Shown: positions 12,655 to 25,778, numbered from the stretch's first letter. The stretch: 64,000 nucleotides of DNA from Octopus sinensis (GCF_006345805.1 NC_043005.1:43958001-44022000); one strand, 5' to 3'. Notes: generated by a model from the sequence alone, not told the origin. Made by a program: numbers and translations.

Positions 12655-13004
12655 TATTATTGTTGTTGTTGTTGTTATTATTATATCATCATTATTATTT
12701 TGTTGTTGTTGTTGTGTTGTTGTTATTATTATCATCATTATTATTATTATTTATTATTATTATATTATTATTATCATTATCATTATTATTATCATTATCA
12801 TTATTATTATTGAGTGAGAGAGCAGCACATACCATCAAAGTGAAGCTGAGGTACAAATAAATGAAGCCCCTATACCTATCATGACTACCCAAATGATAAG
12901 GGTACACCAAGCACATGTATCACAATTGCATGTGTACTACATGACGACCAATGTAATCAACTTACTCTCTCCCCCAAATTGCTGGCCTTGTGCTAAAATT
13001 TAAA

Positions 13005-13041
<37 letters not shown>

Positions 13042-13060
13042 TATTATTATTATTATTATT
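11500..13060. repeat. Tandem triplication of a 194-bp unit separated by compound (ATT/ATC/GTT)n arrays
   Basis: Identical units at 11853-12046, 12357-12550 and 12812-13005. Confidence 0.95.
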
Positions 13061-13260
13061 GGCAGAATTGTGAGCATGCTGGGTGAAAGGCTTAGCTGTA
13101 TTTTGCATATCACTATGTTCTGAGTTCAAATTCTGCTGAGTTCAACTTTGCCTTTCAAAGTTTCAAATTTGATAAACTAAGTACCAGTGAAACCCTGGTG
13201 TCGATGAAGCCAACTAGTCCCTACCCCAAAATTTCAGGCCTTGTGCCAATGCTAAACAAG
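13060..13260 (+). mobile_element. tRNA-derived SINE family B
   Basis: ggcagaat...gttctgagttcaaattc...ttcaactttgccttt...gataaactaagtaccag...ggccttgtgcc. Confidence 0.7.
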
Positions 13261-14389
13261 ATTATTATTGTTGTTGTTGTTGTTGTTGCTGCTGCTGTTG
13301 TTGTTGTTGTGTATATTTACAATTATGTTGTTTAATGTGCCTTCCTTTTTTTTTAAACATTAAGGTGCTGATTTGAGAAAAAATTGGCAGAAATTTTTTT
13401 ACAGTTTAAGTGACAGCATGGATACCCACTTGTTGACTCATCTCTTAGAAAGTATGAGTGCAGAGTTAAGCAAAACTACGCCAATATGAAATCCAACCAG
13501 AATAAGAGAACCTGAATGGATATAATTAAGAACCGAATATCATCAGGTGACTCTCCTTTGGATGAGAGTCACCAGTAGTCTTCACAGCTGTTGACAACAC
13601 TCTTAAAGACAGCTACATACAGAATTTTAACTGTTAATTCTCTTGTCAATGAGTGAACCACTTTTATGTCTGTGACTGCTGCTACTGCTGCTGTTAATAC
13701 TAATAATAACCATTACACTGTAACCATTCTATGAATCCTTTTATTGAAGAGTTAAAGAAAAATAGCAGGTATAAAACATGCTAATGGTCAGGAATTTTCA
13801 AATAATTTGGCTGTAGATTCTCTGGTCTTCAAAGAGTTAAAGAGCCATATCTCTCCTAAATTTCTGTAATGGAGAGTAGTCTATTTCTGGAGTTTTATGC
13901 TTCACTAAATACATTTCAGGTTAAGTCGTCACCAGTTTCTGGACTGTGATTAAACCATACGTATCAAATAAAATAGATAAAAGAACCAAAGGAAATAAGT
14001 TTTGAAAGTAAAGCTGTAGTATTTAAGCTGAAGTCAGTGAAATGGTAATTGCCAAAGTGAATAATTGTGTTCTATAAACTAATGCAGGCTAGAATGATGT
14101 TTAATATAGGTTCAGTGCAAAATAGAATGATCTACAGATGCCACTACCCATGTGTATGTGTGTGTACATGCATGTTTGTGTGTGCATGTGTGTGTGTGCA
14201 TGTGTGCATGCATGTGTGTGCATGTGTTAGTATTGAGAGAAGGAAGGAATAATGTCTTTTTAAGGGATGATAACGGTGTTGTACTTTCGAAAAGTTGTAA
14301 GTGGCTAAGTTTCCTTATTCTGTTTTTTTTTTTAAATTTTTTTTATTTTTGTTCTTTGTATATTTCTATGTTTTTGAAATGAGGTAATT

Positions 14390-14620
14390 TGAGAACGGAG
14401 GAAGTGAATGATGTGACCTTACAGAATACCAAAAGCACATGCTCCGCAGGGTCGGACATGTTGCAAGGTCCACAGACAACAGGTGGTATCCAAGAGAACA
14501 AGTGACATCCAAGAGAACAGAAAAATCGCTTTGAAGGCCTCCACAACAATGGGAAGATGATCTAGTTAAGCAATTTGTGTAAAGACTGAAAAGACTGATA
14601 CAATAAAGACAGAACTGGAA
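14390..14620 (+). mobile_element. Degraded RTE-type ORF C-terminus (different subfamily)
   Basis: GHVARSTDNRWYPRE...RPPQQWEDDLVK resembles the RTE C-terminal GHVAR..DNRW...GRP..RW.DD motif. Confidence 0.55.
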
Positions 14621-14864
14621 GCGCATTGTGACCAGTGGTGTTTAACAGCATATGATGGTTTGGCCAATACTGTGATACTGCGATATTTTCATATATTTAT
14701 AGGACTGGCAGATAAGCACGATTACACAATCAATACTTAATTATACAGGACTTAGGTTCTTGAAACAATTTCCAATGAACTTGCAAAACGTTTTGGGGCT
14801 GAGACATTTAAATAAATAATCACAGTTAGTACGAGGGAGATAATCCTTTCTTCATTGGTAGGAT

Positions 14865-15085
14865 AAAACCAGTCAGCTGGTAGAATTGTTAAGCACACAG
14901 GGAAAAATGCTTAGCAACATTTCATCTGTCTTTATGTTCTGAGTCCAAATTCCACCAAGGTTGAATTTGCCTTTCATCCTTTTGGGGTTGATAAATCAAG
15001 TAGAATTAAGTGCTGGGGTTGATGTAATTGACTTATCCCTTCTCCTGAAATTGCTGGCCTTGTATCAAAATTTGAAATCAATATT
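14865..15085 (+). mobile_element. SINE family B
   Basis: Same body as 23135-23350. Confidence 0.75.
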
Positions 15086-15314
15086 TGATGGGACTGGAGG
15101 TTTAAAATTGAGATTAAGAAATAAGGAACAAATAAGGAAGAAGACACATTAAATAGGCATATATTTAAGAAGACACATTAAATATGTATATTTAATTAAT
15201 ATCTTTTTTTGTTTGTTTGTTTTGATTACTTATTACAATGGTTTTAGAATTTCTGGTCTTAAGTAAGCATGCATTTCATTCTTTTTAGAACTTATCATGT
15301 CATAACTGGAGGGT

Positions 15315-15545
15315 GGAGGCACACAGCTTAGTGGCTTGGGTGTTGGACACATGATCACAAGATTATGGTTTCATTTCCTAGACTGATCAACACATTGTGT
15401 TCCTGAGCAATACACTTCATTTCATGTTGCTCCAGTCCACTCAGCTGGCAAAAATGAGCAATCTGTGATGGACTGGTGTCTCATCCAGATGCAGAATATA
15501 TATACCATGAAATTGGGAAACCAGCCCTGGTGAGTCGGCACAACT
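15315..15545 (+). mobile_element. SINE family C
   Basis: Same head and body as 8435-8690. Confidence 0.7.
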
Positions 15546-15764
15546 CAGGAAAGTAAATTTACTTATTTACTTTATATAACTTGAGGTAAGTCAAACCTAC
15601 TTCTGCAAATCTTCATCATTGATATAAAATAGTGGGAGTCACAGAACAATTGTTTTTGTCATCACATCTTTCAAGAATTTTTGGCAAATTGTATTTACAA
15701 TATTTCCAAATATTTTCTAGCCCAACAGGAATATAATATATATGTATATACACACACCACACAC

Positions 15765-15892
<128 letters not shown>

Positions 15893-16174
15893 TATCATCA
15901 TCATCACCATCATCGTTTAACATCCGCTTTCCATGCGAGCATGGGCTGGATGATTTGACTGAGGACTGGCAAACAAGATGGCTGCACCAAGGCTCCAATC
16001 TTGATCTGGCAGAGTTTCTACAGCTGGATGCTCTTCCTAACGCCAACCACTCCGAGAGTGTAGTGGGTGCTGCCACCAGCACAAGGGCCAGTCAGGCAGT
16101 ACTGGCAACGGCCATGCTCAAATGGTGTTTTTTATGTGCCACCTTGCACAGGAGCCAGTACAGCAGCACTGGCA

Positions 16175-16175
<1 letters not shown>
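15893..16175 (-). mobile_element. RTE 3' tail copy
   Basis: (CAT)n then cgtttaacatccgctttccatgc..., the reverse complement of 58700-58949. Confidence 0.8.
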
Positions 16176-16206
<31 letters not shown>

Positions 16207-17127
16207 CAGATTTTCAAACAGCCTTGTTGTAACAGCCCTGTTGTTTGAATAAGCTGAAGAAAACATAAAATTGCAAGATTATATATAGAAGAGAAATGAT
16301 TATAAGAACTGCTGTAACATAAATGACGAGGAGATAAAACAATCAACAAAAACATATCTAAACTGCATTCAGCATTTATATACAACATTTAGAAAACTCA
16401 TTACTCATCTATTCACAGCTATTCTTTTACTTTTACAGTATAATTTATGAATGAAAGAAAAAAATGGCAGATTTAAATGATTCTAAAATACAACATACTG
16501 TAAGAGAGAGTGAGAGGGAAATGGGGAGAGAAAGAAAAATAGGCAGATAGATGGGAGGAGAGAGAGAGAGAGAGAGAGAGAAATGGGGAAAAAGAAAGGA
16601 AAGAGAAACCTAGGGAGAAAGAAAGAAATTTTATTTTCTTGTAACTCTCATGTTAACATTTATTTGGTTTGAACATGTTAATATTTTCTTGGTATTGTCA
16701 CGTTTTCCTTCATAGTTTTTTTTTTGGGGGGGGGGGAGGCACATGTGTGTGTGTGGGGGGGTGTGGGTGTGGCATCTATAGTGTATAAAAATATAAAAAT
16801 ATAAATATGTATAAATATATGTATATACAATACATACATATATAGATACATGCATACATACATAGATACATGCAAACATATATACTTTTATATGCACATA
16901 CACACACATATATATATACATAATATAAATATATATAATATATATTTATATATATATATATATATCTGAAATATTTATCAAGGAATTCTTTTATTCTTTT
17001 CTTTTACTTGCTTCAGTCATTTGACTTTAGCCATGCTGGAGCACCACCTGTATGCATGTATGAATTTATGTATAATACATATATGTACATACATCTATAT
17101 TTGTTTATGCATATATTTGTATGTGTA

Positions 17128-17168
<41 letters not shown>

Positions 17169-17175
17169 GGAGATC

Positions 17176-17214
<39 letters not shown>

Positions 17215-17221
17215 GTATATA

Positions 17222-17600
17222 TAGTTGGCCAAAATGTCCATTCGGTTTTTGTCGGTACTAATCTTCAAGCACTCAAATAAGTAGCTAACTTCGGTGTGTC
17301 CCTTGTGCATGCAATGCATACTTATTAAACACTTGAAACTTCAATGTAGTTTTGATGTGAACTTGCAACAGTGCTTAGTATCACCCTAGAAATGGAGAAC
17401 CAAAACGAACATTACCAACATCTTATGGTTTTTTATTTGAAGATGAGATATATACTGTGTGAGGTGAAGATTCTGTTAGAGATCATGTGTACCAAAGGTC
17501 GTTCGTTTTCAAGAGTGAAGTTAATCTCAGTCAATTGATGTGGGGCCCAAACCTCCAACCTGCTGATGTCAACAAATGATGCTGATGGTTTTCAACACTT
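17222..17600 (+). pseudogene. Mariner 5' end: TIR plus transposase N-terminus
   Basis: TA followed by gttggccaaaatgtccattcggttttt (mariner-like TIR); ORF at 17392 MENQNEHYQHLMVFYLK resembles a mariner N-terminus; decays downstream. Confidence 0.55.
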
Positions 17601-17619
17601 GATTTAGACATTTGGAGAG

Positions 17620-17975
17620 CATCTAAGTTAAGTTAATTTTGGCTCAAAAAGCAAAAAGCAAGGCCATGTAGGGGGACATGGAGTTGTGTACAGGGAGGGT
17701 GTTCATGCAAAGAGTTCAGGCCATTTCTGGTCGAGAGAGACTTTGAACCGAGCGGTTGTCGGCATCTTCACTATCTCGTCCGGTAGCTTATTCCACGGAC
17801 CCGCAACCCGGACAGAGAAAGCTCCTCTCCTTTGATTGAGATGAAATCGTCGCAGATAGAGCTTTTCAGAGTGACCCCACAACCAACGCTCTGGAGCAGG
17901 AGTGAAGAACAGCTCTTTCGAGAGGTTACACTTTCCGCTTATGATGTTGTGAGCAAGAATGAGCTGCAACAATCC
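17620..17975 (-). mobile_element. CR1/L2-type LINE 3' fragment
   Basis: ORF 17703-17972: WGHSEKLY...RRGAFSVRVAGPWNKLPDEIV...FKVSLD, typical of the CR1 ORF2 C-terminus; short UTR with a (taact) tail. Confidence 0.8.
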
Positions 17976-18305
17976 TGGTTGTATAACAGCCGCTAGTGTA
18001 AAATAACTCCTTCATTTTGTCACTGTTAATCAGCTTCCCAGCTTTGTTTACATAAAGCTGAAGACCAGTGTAAAAGAGAATACCTATGTTACACTATTGA
18101 GAAATCTACAGTTACTCTATTCAGATAACAAGTTCAAGTTTATACCTGTAATTATTGGGGTCCTGGATATGTAACACACTGAGGTTGCTTGGCAGAGTGT
18201 TGAATATTTGTAGCACCCCTGAAACCCAAGTTGTTACTGGACTGGGATATTATTTTAGATGGAGAGATGTCTGATTTTTTTTATTTTTAACTATTTTGAT
18301 TTTAA

Positions 18306-19986
18306 CCTTTTAGTGTTCAAACTGGCCAAAATCAGCCAGAATTAATTTCCCTTTATTTGTTTAAACTGGCCAAATCCAGCCGTATCCAACTACTCTACAA
18401 AATCGCTAAAAAAAAATAAACAAATCACGTTATTGAATTCTTGTAGCTTTGAGATAATGCAAGATGAAGCCTTTCCCACCTTTATTCAAGTATAAATACT
18501 GTGAAATTGTTTAGACCACATGGTTTTAGCAATGTTTGAAGAAATTGTCTGTACCTTAGTTGTTAAAGAAATGGCATCAGCAAGTAGCGATTCCGACTTT
18601 GAAGGTGTTACTCTTAACGATATAGAAAATATAAATGAAAACAAGAATATTTTGTCTTCGGACGAATCTGATATCAATATTAGCGAATATTTGTCGGATG
18701 ACAAATATTGGAGTGGCTGTGTGGTAAGTAGCTTGCTAACCAACCACATGGTTCCGGGTTCAGTCCCACTGCGTGGCATCTTGGGCAAGTGTCTTCTGCT
18801 ATAGCCCCGAGCCGACCAATGCCTTGTGAGTGGATTTGGTAGACGGAAACTGAAAGAAGCCTGTAGTATCATCATCATCATTGTTTAACGTCCGCTTTCC
18901 ATGCTAGCATGGGTTGGACGGTTCAACTGGAGTCTGGGTTTTTAGTTAATTTAACTGTAGTAAATTCATATATTTATATGTAAAAAGCTACAAGGTACCT
19001 CCATCACCAAAGGACTACGACCATTTGAAATTTCAGGTTGACATCGCATCTCAGTTACATGAGGGCTTTTCTTCTAGGAAGCACAGAACTGGGAGAAAGC
19101 AAAATTAATTGAGGTGGATGTCAACAGAGAAAATATTAAAGTCGAAAAGATAAATGGAAGGAAAAAGGTTTGCAGACTGTGTTTGCTGCAAAAGAGAAAA
19201 ACTGCGAAAGGGTATCAGATTGAGACTTCATATATGTGTTCCTTTTGCAAAGTGCCTTTGTGTAAAAAGGGTGCTTTGGGCAGTTTCATAACAGAAATAT
19301 GTCATAACAATATTATTTTGCAAGTATATTATTTTATCATATATTTCCTTTTCATTTTATTATAAATAATATATGAAAGTGGGAAATACATATTAATTTT
19401 CAGTATGCTGCACACCTATATTCACCTTTGTCTCACCTGTTAATGAGCTTTTTTTATTAAATGCATTCTGTTACGTAAATGAATTCATTAAATTGTATAA
19501 GAGTACATAGCCAATGGAATATTGACTAGTAAAAGAGTTTTGCACTTTATTTACAATGAAAATGTTTGAATGAAATATAGAGAAAGAATAAAATCTTGTA
19601 CTGATTACACCTGTATTTTAATTAATTCAAATTAATGTACCTCATCTTGAAAAATGTAGAATTGTTGGCAGCTGACATCTGGGATAATTTTAGTAACAAA
19701 TCAAACAGGTAAATGTATTAAGAATATGAATTTTAGTGTTTATTCATAATGTTATTGTTTTTACACCTGCTAATTAAATTTACCTGCCCATAAAAGTCAA
19801 ATTTAATCAGGAAGATCAGCTAAAATTACGTAACTATAAACCACTGGATTATATTTCAATCTGTATGTTGAAAATTAACAAAGTTACAAGCAAATATTGT
19901 GAACACCCCACTTGAACCTGGATAAATCAAAATTAATGGGAACAGATTAGCATTACATTTGAAAAATTAATCTGAACACTAAAGGG
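18306..19986 (+). mobile_element. Internally deleted piggyBac transposon (1681 bp)
   Basis: TTAA at 18302-18305 and 19987-19990; TIRs CCTTTTAGTGTTCAAA and revcomp CCCTTTAGTGTTCAGA; acidic N-terminus (MASASSDSDFEG...) and C-terminal Cys-rich domain CRLC...TSYMCSFCKVPLC; DDD core absent; SINE A head and RTE tail inserted at ~18708-18940. Confidence 0.9.
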
Positions 19987-20594
19987 TTAAGTTTTGTTTC
20001 ATATGTTTTTTCAAATTTGCAAACAAGCTCATTTGTGAGTCAAGTATCATCTTACTTGTCATATTAAAAAAAAAAAGACAAAAAGCACAGCAAAGAAACT
20101 TTCTGGTTTAGCAACAATAAATTCTACCATGTGATGTTCATTGATGCTACTCTCAGAGGCATGAATTACAGAAGTGCTTGCAAGCTACACCAATTTTTCT
20201 TCAAACTTACTGCTATCCAAGATGACTTGGAGACTATGTCTCACTTGAAGGTTACATTTTTTGACATGATTTCTATGGCTGCTTGCTCTTCCTGCTACCA
20301 ATTCCTTCACAGAGCACAGTCAGGGTATTTTAGCATGGCACCAAAATTACATGTTGCTGACTATGAATATCATAATTTATCTAAGAGAAAATACATCAAG
20401 CAATGTTGATGTTCAGAATTTTTCAAAAAATTTATGTTGGTTGATTTTATTGAAGTAATTGTCTTTGCCTTGTTGTAGTTTTGATTTTAGAGGGAGATAT
20501 TTTTTTTTACCAACTACATTTGTAATCTCGCTTTATCAAGGTTTTTTTTTCCTTTTTAAATCACTATATGTTATGTAATGACACTTGATATCTT

Positions 20595-20800
20595 TTATCT
20601 TTTAGTTGTCATTAGACTGTGGCCATGATGGGGCACCAGCTTGAAGAATTTAGTTGAACAAATTGCCTACAGTATTATTTTTAAAGTTTGCAACTTATTT
20701 TATCAGACTCTTTTACTGAGCGGCTAAGCCATAGTGACACAAACAAACACCAGTTTGCAAGTGGTGCCAGTGGTGGGACAACGCAAAGAGATACACATAT
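20595..20800 (-). mobile_element. SINE family A, 3' half
   Basis: Tail motif gactgtggccatgatggggcacc and body. Confidence 0.65.
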
Positions 20801-21034
20801 TCATATACAGACATACATACCTACATACATACATATATACATACATACATGCATACATACATACATACATACATACATACATACATACATACAGGAGGAG
20901 GAGGAGGAGAACAAACGAACGAACGAAAGAGGATGAGGGGAGGAGGAGAAGATGAAGAATGAAAAGGAGGAGGAGGAGGGGGGAAGAAGAAGAAGAAGAA
21001 GACAAAAAGGAAAAAGGAGAAGAAGAAAGGTCGT

Positions 21035-21445
21035 GAGCTAGCAGAATCGTTAGCTTAACAGACGGTATGCTTAGCGTCAATTCAGCATTTCTTCCAGCTT
21101 TATGTCCTGAGTTCAAGTTGCGCTGTGGCTGACTTCACTTTCCGTCCTTTCAAGACTGATAAAATAAGTATCAGTTGAGCACTGGGGTTGATGCAATTGA
21201 TGAACCCTATCTCCCCACACAAATTCCACACGTTGTGCCAACAGAGGAAATGTTTGTTACAAGAAGAACACACAATCAACTCATTAACAACTAGGGTTGG
21301 CATTAGGAAGGGCATCCAGCTGTAGAAACACTGCCAGATCAGACTGGGCCTGGTGCAGCCTACTGGCTTCCCAGACCCCAGTTGATACGTCCAACCCATG
21401 CTAGCATGGAAAACGGACGTTAAACGATGATGATGATGATGATGA
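21035..21445 (+). mobile_element. SINE family B (~21035-21250) followed by an RTE tail copy (~21292-21445)
   Basis: Matches other copies; RTE tail ends in (GAT)n. Confidence 0.75.
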
Positions 21446-22921
21446 TATCTTCTGCTAAATATAAAATAAATGTTGTTAATAATTTCTAATGCCTGATTCA
21501 AATAAACTGAAGTTCAAGAATATTTACATAAACAAGAAATAAACAGCAAGATGACAAAACTAATTTTTTCCACTTGTAGTAATGACATTTGAAGTTTGCC
21601 AAACTGACAAAGATATTTGTCTTATTACACAGTTAATGATTTGCATCTTGTCACTGATTCATGCTGTGATCTTAGGAAAGACACTTAACTCCCAGTAGTC
21701 TAGTCTACCCAACTATTTGTAAATATACTAAGTATATGCTGTTCAGTGCCCAACTAGAAGCACTATATGAATGTAGCTTGTTTCCTATCCATAGGATAAT
21801 TGTTTCTCAAATACTAAGCACCTTCAAAACTGAAATAAGTCGCAGGAGCTACGTTCATTATCAGGTGGTGTTGTATACAGCAGCACCTCTTGATAATAGT
21901 CTTAGATAATCCAATATACATTGAAATATGTTTGAAAATGATGTCTCTACAAAATTTAGCTATTCTTACATTTGTAAACATAGTTTTGATTAATTCTCAT
22001 TTGTGGGTGTGTTCCTCAGCCCCAGTTTGTTTAATATATTTCATAAACTCTATGAGATATCCAGCAATTGCGAAATTGTATTCATAAACTTCCATAAAAT
22101 AAACAAAAGTCTGTATCTTAAACAACTTTGGAAGCTAATTAAATCACCAGAAATACAAGAGAGATTTTTATATTTTCTATTCACATGTATCAAGAAAATT
22201 TGTTTATTCAGTAAGTTGTTATTTGACGCTAATCAAATTACTATAGATGCATTTACATTACAATTGTTTGGTTTTACTGCACAGATGAGCAGATGGAACT
22301 AAATCAAACATCAAATCATAAATGTTCTTTTTCTAAAACATTGTCTTTCTTTTTTCATAACATAAATTTGTAGATATAATTTTCTATTTCCTGTGACATC
22401 AATGCAAAGTAATAAGAGAAAAAAAATAAAAATTAATTTCAGAACTGTTTTCAAAGCCAAAGTTAAGGAAATACATAATACATGATAAAACAAGTTTTTT
22501 TCCTTCTACTTTACATTTATATTTTATAAAGTTTTCCAAGTTCTCTCTACTGTGGAAAGCTAATAAATTATTATCATTGTTGTAGCAATGTTTCTTGTTA
22601 TCATCATTCCATAACTTATATATGTTTGATATTTTGTTTCTCACCTGCTCTCTTAGACAGTTTGCCTTAAAATGGTTGTTGTACCTTTCATATAATTTGT
22701 GACCACTCTTTCGGAATTGATACCAGGCTGTCGAATTCAGGTTCAGTTACATTACAGTATTTAGGTTCACACTTTTCAGTTTTGAGTTTACGCCTTACCA
22801 GAATAAACTTTGTGTTTGTTCCTTAAAGAACTAAAAAGTAGCTGTATCTTGTAGCGGCCTGATGAAGGCTGGTCACTGAAATGCAGTAAATCATTTTTTA
22901 ATCATTATATTACAAGTATTA

Positions 22922-23350
22922 AGGCAGTGAGCTGGCAGAAATGTTAGCATGCCAGGTGAAATGTTTAGCAGTATTTCATCTGTCTTTATATTTCAAGTTC
23001 AAATTCCACTGAGGTTGATTTTGCCTTTCTTCCTTTTGGGGTTGATAAATTAAGTTGTGTACTGGAGTCAATCTAATCGACTTACAACTTTCCCCAAAAT
23101 TTCGGGACTTGTGCCTAGAGTAGAAAAGAATATTAAAGGCGGCGAGTTGGCAGAAATATTAGCACACTGGGCGAAATGCTTAGAGGTATTTCCTCTGTCA
23201 TTACATTCTGAGTTCAAATTCCACCGAGGTCGACTTTGCCTTTCATCCTTTTGGGGTCGATAAATTGAGTACCGGTTGCATACTGGAGTCGATCTAATCA
23301 ACTGGCCCCTCCCCAAAAATTGCGAGCCTTGTGCCTAGAGTAGAAAAAAT
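22922..23350 (+). mobile_element. Tandem dimer of SINE family B
   Basis: Two head-to-tail units, each starting attaa(a)ggc(a/g)g(t/c)gag(c/t)tggcagaaat and ending tgtgcctagagtagaaaa. Confidence 0.85.
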
Positions 23351-23599
23351 TATATTACAAGTATAAACATTCAAATTTCAGTAAAAGCTATGAGCAGAAA
23401 GAAGTTTACTGAATATAAATACAGGCCAGTGGTTCCCAGACATTTTTGGGTTGTCACCCACTTGGCACCCAGGTCACGTTTCTAGCATCCCCACATCCCA
23501 CACTCACCGTCACAAACATAGACCACTTTCTGCTGCAAATTCAAAACAACTGTATTTCACAAATAAAAGTTAACCTAATTAGTGCATTATTTTGTTGCT

Positions 23600-23628
23600 A
23601 TCTATCTATCTCTCTGCCTATCTATCTG

Positions 23629-23663
<35 letters not shown>

Positions 23664-23702
23664 GTTTATCTATTTATATCTATCTATATGTCTATCTGTT
23701 CA

Positions 23703-23756
<54 letters not shown>

Positions 23757-23786
23757 CCTATCTATCTATCTATCTATATATATAGA
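23600..23786. repeat. (TCTA)n microsatellite
   Basis: Direct reading. Confidence 0.95.
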
Positions 23787-24640
23787 TAGTGCTACCGAGA
23801 AGCGCTACCCGTTCGGGATAAGCTCTACAGACACGGCTCGAGAAACACGGGGCCGACCTGCCCGAGATGCGGTCAGAGCGACGAAACCGTTCTGCACGCA
23901 CTCGTTCAGTGTCCAACAATTTCCGACCTGTGGGCTTATGTCGAACAACTGCTGTCACGTGTGGGACGAGTCGGTTTATCAGCTGAGTCTATCGTCAATA
24001 TTGTCACGCCTCCTTCCTTCAAACGGGAAGGAAGAGCTATTTTCATCATCCCTGTGCTATGGCGAAAGAATGTATCTGGTGGACGCGCGCTGAAAGGATT
24101 GGAGACAAACACTTTCCTCTCTGGTCAATCTCTCATCAACTTCTTCAAGTACCACTTGAAAAGGAAAGTGAGAGTAGAGAGGCAAGTTGGTCTAGCGAAT
24201 GTTTTAAAAAAAGATGGGTGAATGTAGCAAGAATGGCACGTATGAATGACGAAGCCACCTTGAGCATAGTCCTATGAACCAGAAAGAATCGAAAACAGAG
24301 AGTTGCTTATGCAAAAAAAAAAGAAATATAAAATGTGACTTCATTGACCGAGGTTACCGTGGTCTTTTCCGTAGGCTTTTCTTTCCACGGGTAACCTCAC
24401 CTGTCCTCCCCTTTACACTTCATATTGACATTTCTGTGATAACGATCCCTATTGATCAATTTTTTTCCTCTCCCCCTTTTTTTTAACCCCCCTTTTTTTG
24501 TCCTCTTACTCTCCTTTTACGATCCCTTTTGATCGAAACTCCCCCTTCCTTTTTTTTTTTTTTTTTTTTAAACCTTCAAAAGAAAAGCTCTACCTTGTAA
24601 TTTGTTCTATCTGTGTGCAGCCCTGGTGGCTAATAAAGAA
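23787..24640 (+). mobile_element. 5'-truncated L1/Tx1-clade LINE 3' end
   Basis: GC-richer segment translating YREALPVRDKLYRHG...TCPRCGQSDETVLHALVQCP...LW (CCHC zf-RVT knuckle); pyrimidine-rich 3' UTR ending taataaagaa. Confidence 0.85.
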
Positions 24641-25156
24641 ACATATCTATCTATATATATATATATATATATAATATATATATATATATATAGATATATT
24701 GCAGTAATATCAGTGCCAAGTAGTGTTTAGGCATAAGCGAATTTTAGGTTGATTAAAATATGTTTGTGACATATTTCAACTGCTAAAAGAAAATACACTG
24801 CAGTTTCCATGGAGAAAAAATTCTCTTTTTGTAAAACTGGTGTAAAAACACCATATCTATCTAGTGTCACTACCTGTTAGATTCCCTGATATCAAAGTAT
24901 CTAGTTTTTTAGCCATTATCATGGGAAGTACCAAAAAGAGGTAACTCAGGACAGACTTAATCATACCAATGTCTGATTTGCATCAGTAGACTGTCAAGGT
25001 CATAAAAATTACAGTGAGACAGAGAGATAGATAAAACATTTACACAATGAGTAGGGGATAGTGACTTAGAAATTTTGTCTGTCTGATGAAAGCTGGCAGT
25101 CTGAAACTTTGCATTCACAATCAGTTCTCTTGTAAATTTTTAATGAGCAGCAACTC

Positions 25157-25192
<36 letters not shown>

Positions 25193-25259
25193 TGATGTGT
25201 GTATGTCTCTCTTGTTAACAATCAACACAGAAAAAATAGATAAATAGTTACCAGGGTAG

Positions 25260-25778
25260 CAAAAAATCACAATGGGAAGTTCTGATTCAGCACAAATAAC
25301 TGATTTAGTCTGTATATATATACTTTTTGAAATGGCAGAACAGTTCCCAAACATAAATTGAGATCTACATCATGATGATTGTTTACTTTGCCTTCAAAAT
25401 GTTTCCAACCAAAAAGTACAAAAAGTTAAGAACAGTTTAGATAAGTTTTTCCATAGAATGGGCTTAAGCATCGTTTTTGATGATGATGTAATGAAACCCA
25501 ACTTTTTAGATATTACGCTTAACTTACACAATAATTCGTACTTCCCATACCACAAACCATCGACCAATCTTAAGTATATTAGCAAATTCAGTAACCATTC
25601 TAGGGCAACGACTAGGGACTTAGTTAATAATATTTCATTTAGATTGTCTAAGTTATCTGTGAATGTTGACATTTTCAATGATAAGGCCAAATTTTATAAC
25701 TCTGCCATACTTAAAGCCGGTTATACAGAGAAAGTTACCTACATTAATTCCATTCAATCTTTTTTCTACCATTACTAA
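25260..25778 (+). pseudogene. Penelope-like element (PLE) reverse transcriptase relic
   Basis: One frame reads MGSSDSAQITDLV...*DLHHDDCL...NFLDITLNL..YFPYHKP...SNHS...FRLSKLS...FYNSAILKAGY, matching the PLE RT motifs MGS..GAE.C.LVG, LYRDD, NFLD and SNHP; one in-frame stop at 25359-25361. Confidence 0.85.

Noticed and set aside
11853-13005. CRISPR-like array
   Set aside because: Units are 194 bp, spacers are simple repeats, there are no cas genes and the context is eukaryotic
13520-13585. Perfect 10-bp hairpin ggtgactctc/gagagtcacc next to CTGATGA on the minus strand, as a possible type III hammerhead
   Set aside because: No stem II/GAAA downstream, and the would-be cleavage triplet ends in G
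13390-13840. Several gagttaa/ttaactct ends suggesting piggyBac-like MITEs
   Set aside because: Could not pair them into convincing TIRs with matching TSDs
20131-20409. 92-aa non-repetitive ORF (similarly 27159-27570, 38672-38893 and 41521-41781)
   Set aside because: No recognisable motifs or consistent splice context; lengths are expected by chance
22851-22892. CTGATGA...GAAA motif
   Set aside because: No stem I pairing and weak stem II; at most a decayed HHR
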